From the NCBI GenBank assembly GCA_951406725.2, contig OX597828.1:27280001-27344000 (forward strand): a stretch of DNA of 64,000 nucleotides, read 5' to 3'. Shown piece after piece: positions 54,056 through 64,000 of the stretch. Source of the stretch: Octopus vulgaris (Eukaryota). Each line of letters begins with the position of its first letter. Within the stretch, counting starts at the first letter, position 1. The notes under the pieces are model-generated. The model saw only the letters and a list, made by a program, of their open reading frames with translations. It searched no databases and was not told the origin of the DNA. Position numbers and translations under genes: made by a program.

Positions 54056-54689
54056 ATCATCATCATCATCATCATCATCATTTAATGTTTGTGTTCCATG
54101 CTGGCAAGAGTTGGTCAGTTTGACAGGATCCAATGAGCCATATGACTGCGATGAGCTGTAAAGTGTACTTTGGTTTGCTTTCTGCAGCTGGATAACCTTC
54201 AAATGTTATTCTTTCACCTGAGAAAAAAGAAAGATACATTAGATAATGTACTCCATGATGCACTAAGCTGTCTGAATAAAAGCCAATGTGGTCCCAGTCA
54301 CCTCGAATATTCTGGATAAAGGACTCTCTCTCTCTATCTCTCTCGATGCTGACTTGTAAACTAAAGAACTACTGCAACAAGAAATGCAGAGCTTGGAATG
54401 GATTGGGTGGATGTGGGGGTGGGTTAATGGAATTATTAGATGAAGGGAAATATGACTTGAAGTATTTGTTTATGCTTTGGTCAGCCCAAGGCTATAGTGG
54501 AAGATGCTTGCCCAACATGCCGTGCAGTGGGACTGAACCCGGAACCATGTGGTTGGGAAGCAAGCTTCCTACCACACAGCCACACTTGCACTGACCCTAA
54601 TTTCATTCCCACACTTTGAGAAATGCCAGCGTTGCATTTTGTCCTTTCTGAAGGTTGAGAATATAAAGAACTGATTGGGGTTAATTTAA

Positions 54690-55680
54690 TCAATTAACTT
54701 CCTCACAAAATTTCAGGCCTTGTGACTATATTTGAAAAGGAAACAAAAAAATAAATAAATAAACAACAAAAAAAGATATGGAGAGTGATGGGTTGACAGA
54801 CTCATTAAAGTGTCGGAAAAAGTGCTTTGCAGTAATTGTTGCGACTCTTTACATCCACAGTTCAAATCTGACTGAGCTCAGCTTTGCCTTTCATCCTTCT
54901 ATGGGAAATAAAGAACTAGTCAAGTACTAGGGTCGTTAGTATTGATTAGCCCCTCCCCTCAAAATTTCAGTAGAAAGGATTATTGTTGTTGTTTAAGGTG
55001 GTGAGCTGGCAGAATCATTAGCCCACCACACAAAATACTTTGTGGCATTTGGTTCAGCTTACATTCAGAGTTCAAACTCTACCAAGGTCAGCTTTGACTT
55101 TCATCCTTACAGGGGTTCATGTAAATAAGTACCACTTATGTTCTGGGGTTCATGTAATTAACTATCCCTGATTCCCACAAATTTTAGGCCTTGTGTCTAT
55201 AGTAGAAACAATTGTTGTTGTTGTTGTTGTTGCTGTTGCTAAGGTGACAAGCTGTCAGAATTATTAACCCACCACACAAAATGCTTAGCAGCATTCAGAT
55301 TTCAAGTTCCACTGAGGTTACCTTTGCCCTTCATCATTTTGGGGTGGATAAAATACGGACCAGTTGAACACTGGGGTCAATGTAATTGACTTACCCCCCC
55401 CCCCCGAAATTGCTGGCCTTGCACCAAAATTTGAAACCATTATTATTGTTGTTGTTGTTAATTCAGATTTTGTAATTATTTATCATTTATTCATTTTAAT
55501 ATGTGGATGATAATGAAGTATCAAAAAGGGAAAAGCAGAGAAAAAAATAAATAAAAAGAGTTGTAGCCCTCTATGTTCTGAGTTCAAATCCTTCTGGGGA
55601 ATGACTTTATGTTTCATCCCTTTGGAGTTGATAAAGTATGTTTCAGTTATGTACTGGGGTTGATGTTAATCAGCTACATA
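54690..55680 (+). mobile_element. Head-to-tail run of 4-5 old SINE family B copies
   Basis: gttcaaa..gag.tcagctttg.ctttcatcctt recurs near 54860, 55070, 55300 and 55580, separated by (TTG)n tails. Confidence 0.75.
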
Positions 55681-55867
55681 TTTCTGGTAATTATTTCATA
55701 GAGGCCGAAAGTATAAAACACTAGCTTTATACCAAGCAAGAATTTGAACTCACTATGTCGAAAAACGAAATTAAAATAGCCTACCACATCTAATTTTGTC
55801 CAGTCACTCAACTTCCATCAATATCATCATCATCATTGTTTTATTTTTATGATTATTATATTTAATA

Positions 55868-55901
<34 letters not shown>

Positions 55902-56011
55902 ATGCTGAGATGATGGAAAGTACTCTTCTGAGAACTTATTTACACTACTGGGGTTTAATGGATTAATACAACAATAAGAGAGAAAGCAGAAAAAAAGGAA
56001 CAGTGAAACAC

Positions 56012-56051
<40 letters not shown>

Positions 56052-56429
56052 CCTGCATATCCATCTGTTTATCTTTCTCTTTCTCTCCCTTCACACACAC
56101 ACACACACACAATATCAATTTCAGATACAAATCAATCTTGATTTGAAGAATATTTCAAAATTTTTTTTTTTAAGGTATTTTAATCTTTTTTCTTAAAAAC
56201 CACAAAATACACTTGCTTTCTGAATAGCATTTTTTTTTGTCTAACTTATATCTTTATTTGTGTATGAGCTAATTATTTTTATTTCATTCTTCGTTTTTTT
56301 TTTTTTTATTTTGTTTGTTTATATTTATTGGTGACATAAAGATTATATTGCAAATACATAGAGATAACTTAGGAATTGTTCTCCAGTGTTAAATTTCTTT
56401 GATTAAAATTTGCTTTAGAGTTGTTGTCT

Positions 56430-57770
<1,341 letters not shown>

Positions 57771-59275
57771 TTATAAAATGTAATATAACGGATCATCTTG
57801 TATAAATCAGTTCGGCTTCCTGAGAATTGTATCATGATTGGCACAGAAATTTGAATGAATTAATCAATGAATAATTTCAGTGATGTGATCAATCCTTGAG
57901 AAGAAATACTAGAATAATGTGGCAGACAATATGAAGAATATTGGTACTTGGATCGCAGTGGAATAATCTAACTAGACACTTAGGAGAGTACAGGAATGAA
58001 TTGCATTTCTCAAAGTGTGGGAATGAAATTAGGGTAGGTGCAAGTGTGGCTGTGTGGTAAGAAGCTTGCTTCCCAACCACATGGTTCCGGGTTCAGTCCC
58101 TCCCACTGCACGGCATGTTAGGCAAAGCATCTTCCAATATTGCCTTGGGTCGACCAAAGTCTTGTGAGTGGATTTCGTTGATGGAAACTGAATGAATCCT
58201 GCTGTATATATTTTGCTTAGGCATTGCAAGACTAATAACCTAGTGTAGAACTCAATACACGTATGCTTCAGAATGAAGCATTAGACAAGTTAAGAGCAAT
58301 GACAAGAAAATGAGATAATTAAGGAATAGTTAATTATCATTTGAACTTCGTTAGCTAAGTTGGTAAGGTAAAAATTTATCCCTTTGACATCTAATTTTCT
58401 TTCCTATATATATGTGTGTGTGTGTGTGTTGGTGTGTTTATGTCCCCTACCTTTGTGGTTCGGCACAAGAGACAGATTCATTCAACCAAAAATTATTCTT
58501 GATGGTGTTCCAGCATTGCCACAGCCTCATCACTGAAACAAGTAAAAGACAGAAGATGAAAAACATATGGAAAATGTCTAATGATGGAAATATCCACTCA
58601 AGTAATGCTATGTTAACATCAGGGTGCAGCCTGGTTTATTTCCCAACCACATAGTCCCGGGTTCAGTCCCATTGTGTGACATCTTGGGCAAGTGTCTTCC
58701 GCTGTAGCTCTGAGCCAACCAAAGCCTTGTGAATGGAATTTTGTAGACATAATTTCAAAGAAGCCTGTGTAACATGACATTCACATTAAGTTGGATATGC
58801 AGATTGCCCTTTGGTACTAACGCTGCTTCTGTCAGTAACAATTATTTGTTCCTAAGCTTCCTGGCTATTTGCAACATCAGTGAATGATATTCTAAATATC
58901 ATGGCTGCATGATTTGGCTGGTATGTAGTCAGCAGATGCCTGCCACTGAAAAAGTACACTACACTGAAATCATGGGATCTGGCTATTCCAGCATCTATAC
59001 CAGACAATTCTTGTCTGCTGTAAGGAGAACCTCTCAAGATGAATGTCACAGTATTCAGCTTTCAAATAAATCAGTCACATTAAGTTGGATCCAAGGATTG
59101 CCATATATCTAGGGCTCTTTCCATCTGTGTACTTGTGCTCCTTAACTTGACATTCTGTGACAATTGTTAACATAAGCGTCACTGTCATACAGCCAATGTT
59201 ATTCACTTGCAATCTTCCACAGAAACATGTCCATCTTTGAGAAAATATTAATCTAGCTTTGAAGCACGTGAGGGT

Positions 59276-59765
59276 CATCATCATCATCATTGTTTAATGT
59301 CCGCTTTCCATGCTAGCATGTGTTGGACGATTTTGTCGAGGGCAGGCAAACCAGATGACTGCACCAGGCTCCAATCTTGATTTTGCAGGGTTTCTACAGC
59401 TGGATGCCCTTCGTAACGCCAACCACTCTGAGAGTGTAATGGGTGCTTTTTACGTGTCACCGGCACGGGGGCCAGTCAGGCGGTACTGGCACGACCTTGC
59501 TCGAATCCTTTTACACATGCCACCAGCACAGGTGCCAGTAAGGTGATGTTGGTAATGATCACACTCGAATGGTGTCCCTTTATGTGCCACTGGCATGGAA
59601 GCCAGTTGGCTGCTCTGGCAATGATCACGCTTGGATGGTGCGCTTGGCACCCTACTAGCACAGGCTGGTGATGGGAATTGCATGCAACCATTGAAGATCT
59701 GCCTTAACAAATTCTGTCTGACCCATGCAAGCATAGAAAAGTGGATGTCAAAATGATAATGTTGA
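59276..59765 (-). mobile_element. Family D retroposon with about 3 tandem internal modules of about 60 bp and an opposing tail
   Basis: Minus tail at 59276-59450; modules ttta..tg.cacc.gcac.gg at about 59448, 59510, 59578; plus-strand tail at 59720-59765. Confidence 0.75.
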
Positions 59766-60584
59766 TGAGGTATATACAAAAAGATAGATAAATAGATACC
59801 TATACTCACAAATACACACACACATCTCAAAAGTAAATAGACACCATTATTTTTTGAAGATTTATTTCTTGCAGCAAAACGAAATATGTTATTTGATACA
59901 TTTAAATGCTGAATCTGGTATTTAGTAGACATGATGCCTTGAGCAGATGTTGATGATTTGACTTGTTTGGTCATTGGACTAATGGGTAGTTTCTGCATAG
60001 ATAAAACAGTCTTGTGAAGTGCATCTATTTACTTTTGAGGTACCTGTGTATATATATATATAATACACACACACCCCACATAAATTTAAAGAGAGAGAGA
60101 GAGAGTGAGAGGGAGGGAGGCAGACTGAAAGAAATTAATTGACAGATAATTAGATATATACCTATGTCTCTATAACAAATTTCGAGGGAAATCTTGAGAA
60201 GAATATTCCAAGATGTTGTAGACATTCCTTTCTGGAATACTGACCTTGACCTCTAAAGTAGGTATTTGATGCTAATCAGTGGTGAAAGCCACCATAAATA
60301 GAATAGAACATACACAAGAATTTATCCAGAAATTATAATTTATTTAGTATATAAATAGAACTGTTAATCAATGTTCCCAATAAAGATATTCTTCCATGGC
60401 ATCACCAACTGTTCTGACTGCATTTTTATATTGGTTAACTCTGAGAGAATTTCCAAATATACTGATGAATGAAGCAAGCGGTCTTTACAATATTGTTTCC
60501 TTCCATTTTAGTTCAGTCTTGTGTCTGTCATTTATTTATACCAAAACATAATTCACACCCGTCTTAATGTCTGAGAATAATTTG

Positions 60585-60810
60585 TAAACCTGTAGCAAAC
60601 AGATTCCTCTGCCAAATGCGTTACATATTCATTCTTATCATTTTCAGTCAATCATCTGTTATCTCATAGCTTTGAGTTTTCAGTGATGTAAAAGCTTATT
60701 TTTAGAATGGCATTATTGAATATGTTTGAGAGGCTAGATCAGGCTAGTTTGAATATAAAACAGCCGGACATCTGGGCTGAATGTGGCTGGATTAATTGCT
60801 AAAGGGTTAA
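60585..60810. mobile_element. piggyBac-like MITE, diverged
   Basis: Ends GCTAAAGGG-TTAA; same family as 10108-10328. Confidence 0.65.
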
Positions 60811-60869
60811 GACCATTGGATTTATGTACCAACTGTTTTTTGTGCTGTCGGCATGGAGATTGTTGTGAA

Positions 60870-61137
60870 TCAATCCTTTGCATACCAACCCGGCTGAAAC
60901 CGGCTCTGGCTCTGAGTACAAATGTCTTGTGTTCATAAGTTCTGAATTAAAATCTTCCACGAAACCTTAGTCACAATTTATGTTCCTAACACTAGCTTCA
61001 TGATAACGATATTATTTTACTAAATTCTTTGTTATATCTAAAATTAATTGAAAGAAACACCGTGCTAGCATGGAAAACGGACGTTAAACGATGATGATGA
61101 TGATGATGATGACAGAATATGGGAACAAAAGGGTTAA
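60870..61137. mobile_element. piggyBac-like MITE interrupted by a family D tail fragment
   Basis: tcaa-tcctttg ... caaaaggg-ttaa termini; insert gctagcatggaaaacggacgttaaacg(atg)n at 61064-61111. Confidence 0.65.
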
Positions 61138-63229
61138 TGGCAGTGAAAATCTTTGAAAGATGAAAAAAGTGATATGAAAATTTTGAGATGAGAGTAAAAG
61201 TAAATGATAGTGCTCTGCTGGAAATAGAAAAAGGGCTCATGAATGAGAAACGGTAACGGAAAAGCAGATGCATGTAAAAATTACCCAGAATGTTCTGTAG
61301 TCACATACACACACACACACACACACACACGTACAGACTCACACAATTACATATTATCTACATATACATACTTATGTGTGTATGTGCATCCATCTATTTA
61401 TTTATATACACATCTATGTATACACACATACATGCATTTACACATTGCATACATGCACAGTTGTATTTTTGTGTGTATATGCACACACGCATTGAACACA
61501 CTCACACACACACACTCACACATACAAAGGCAAAATCATGGCTGTGTGGTCAAGAAGCTGACTTTGCGATGATGTGGTTTCAGGTTCAGCCCCGCTATGC
61601 AGCACCTTGCACAAACATTTTCTACAGCCACAGCTTGACCAAAACCTTGTGAGTAAATTTGGTAGATGGAAACTGTGTGGAAGCCTATTTGAAACATTCA
61701 CTGATTTCCATGGAAGTTAGGTATTTGTGTACCTAACCACAATATACATTGGAAACTGTATTAGATAGTAGTAGTATTAGTAGTAGATTAAAATAGGGGT
61801 GTATATAACATCAGGTGTATGCAAATGTAGAACTGTGCTGCTTGTAGTAGTTTGTGATAAATACTTAGGTTGTTTCAGATTCAAGTAAAGGGCCTTATTG
61901 TTTTATTTATAATTTGATTGCTTTTCTTTTGTTATGAGCAAAAATACTATTATATGCCAGGAAAACTAAACACATATGTTTGTGCATACACGCACACACC
62001 ATGTACATAAACACATGCACACAAACACATACAAATATATATACTTATATAGATAGATAGATAAACAGACAGATAGACAAATAGATTGGTAGACAGGCAG
62101 GCAAGCAGACAGACAGACAGATAAATAGATAGATAGATAGATAAATAGATTGAAATGTTTCTTTATTAGCCACACAGGGCTGCACACAGACAGGACAAAA
62201 TTACAAGGTAGAGCTTTTCTTTTGGGGGTAAAAGAAGGGGGTTTGGTTTTCGATCAAAAGGGATCGAAAATGGAAAGAAAGAGGACAAAAAAGGGGGGGG
62301 GGATAAAATAAAATTTAAAAAAAAAAGATAGATAGATAGACACATAGATAGACAAATCGATAGATAGATAGACAAATAGATATATAGATAGACAGATAGA
62401 TATATAGATAGACAGACAGGCAGGCAAACAGACAGATAGCTAGCTAGCTAGCTAGATAGATAGATAGATAGACCACAAATATCTATATAGGCAGATTGAA
62501 AATTGACATGAAAACAACAAAAGAATATAGACAGTAAGTGTATTAGGACAACATATATATGTATGTATATACACACACACACTCAAATTTGCACACAAAC
62601 ATTTTACTTTTCATTTTGTATATTTTTGTTGTGTCTATTGGTATTAGTCTGACATGTATGAGCATGTATGTGTTTAGATGCACATACATACATACATACA
62701 TACATACATATGTGTGTGTGTGTGTGTGTGTGGTAGGGGAGAAGTAGTACTGCGGAGCCAAAATGTCTAGAAAAATGAAATTTCGTATGTAAGAAAAAAA
62801 TGACTTAGCAAATGTATCTTCAAAAATCTTGATGAATTCCAGGACAAAGTTATGACGGATGCAACAAGTTCAGTTTCAGCCACTGGTGTATTTACTGGAG
62901 ATGGCAAGGGAGTGGGTTCAGTTTCACTCATCTTACATTTACGATATCCATGGTAACATTGTTTGATATATCTGTCCATATGACTGTCTGGCTAAGAAGT
63001 CTGTTTCCCAATCACAAGGCTCAAGGCTCAGTCCCACTGTATGGTGTCTTGGGTGTTTTCTACTATAGCCCTTGGTTGAACCAAAGCCTTGTAATATTTG
63101 GTAGACAGTCTCTGAAAGAAGTCCATCATTGTGTGTGTATGTGTGTCTGTTTATGCATCTATGTATTTATGTGTGTATATATATGTATTTATATATATGT
63201 ATTTATGTATATGCATATATGTATTTATG

Positions 63230-63260
<31 letters not shown>

Positions 63261-63375
63261 ATATAAGCATATCTGTATATTGACTGGCGAACCAGGTGCA
63301 GCCATCTGTTTCTCCAGTCCTCAGTCAAATCGTCCAACCCATGCTAGCATGGAAAGTGGATGTTAAATGGTGATG

Positions 63376-63406
<31 letters not shown>

Positions 63407-63409
63407 CAT

Positions 63410-63545
63410 ATAGTTGAAATTTATTGAAAACAAAAGACAAAGACAGATGTATGAACAACAAGCAAGTGTATTGGTTTGATGCTCAGGAAAAATGGAAAAG
63501 TCTTTTATGTTTCGAACCTACGCTCTTCAGCAGAAAGGAATAAGA
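63410..63545 (-). mobile_element. Short repeat with an HHR-like motif (family of 45060-45215)
   Basis: Minus ctttctg-CTGAAGA-GCGTAGGTTC-GAAAC-ATA-AAAGAC. Confidence 0.6.
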
Positions 63546-64000
63546 GAAGTGCATGTGTGTAAATGTATGTTTATGTGTGGAGGTATGTATATGTATGTGT
63601 GTATGTGAATGTCTGTGTGTCCTTGCATCAATATTGCATTATTGTAGTAAATGAGTGTCCCTGCTTTACAAGCAGTGTCATTTCTTTTCCAATATACTGA
63701 TATCTCTCTATTTCTATCTATCTATCTATCTCCAGTTGAGTAACCTTGTATCTTCTCTACAGCATGACACCTGTTTCTGTCTCACTATAACTTTTCATCA
63801 TCTGACACAAGATCACCTTCTCCACTGCCCTTTCCCATCTCAAAATATTTTTGTCTTGCAAGTTACTTGGTGATCCTATCAGTGCAGGTACCACTTAAAA
63901 TTACCCAGTCCACAGTGGTTGGTGTTTGGAAGGGCATCTAGCTGTAAAAACCTTGCCAAAACTGACCTCACTTGTGCCACCTAAAAAGCACAAAGTCCAC

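Overview
AT-rich, repeat-dense animal genomic DNA, most likely an octopus (inferred from recalled SINE families, not from a search), and apparently intronic or intergenic. No intact protein-coding gene is recognisable; most ORFs in the track are translations of (TA)n/(CA)n/(ATT)n microsatellites or SINEs. Supported content: three tRNA-headed SINE groups plus a SINE/LINE tail family, hAT- and piggyBac-type MITEs, decayed RTE, CR1-like and R4/Dong-like LINE fragments, one full-length but dead Tc1-superfamily transposon with DD36E spacing, and a 100-N gap. The most striking signal is about a dozen full or half type I hammerhead ribozyme (HHR) motifs of the minimal Penelope-like/retrozyme kind, from several unrelated repeat families. 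Many sit at the apex or breakpoint of long inverted repeats, and one follows a tRNA-like Pol III B-box (Sm-alpha-like architecture). Weak exon candidates and RFX X-box motifs in unique DNA hint at a host gene. All calls were made by eye and repeat boundaries are approximate.
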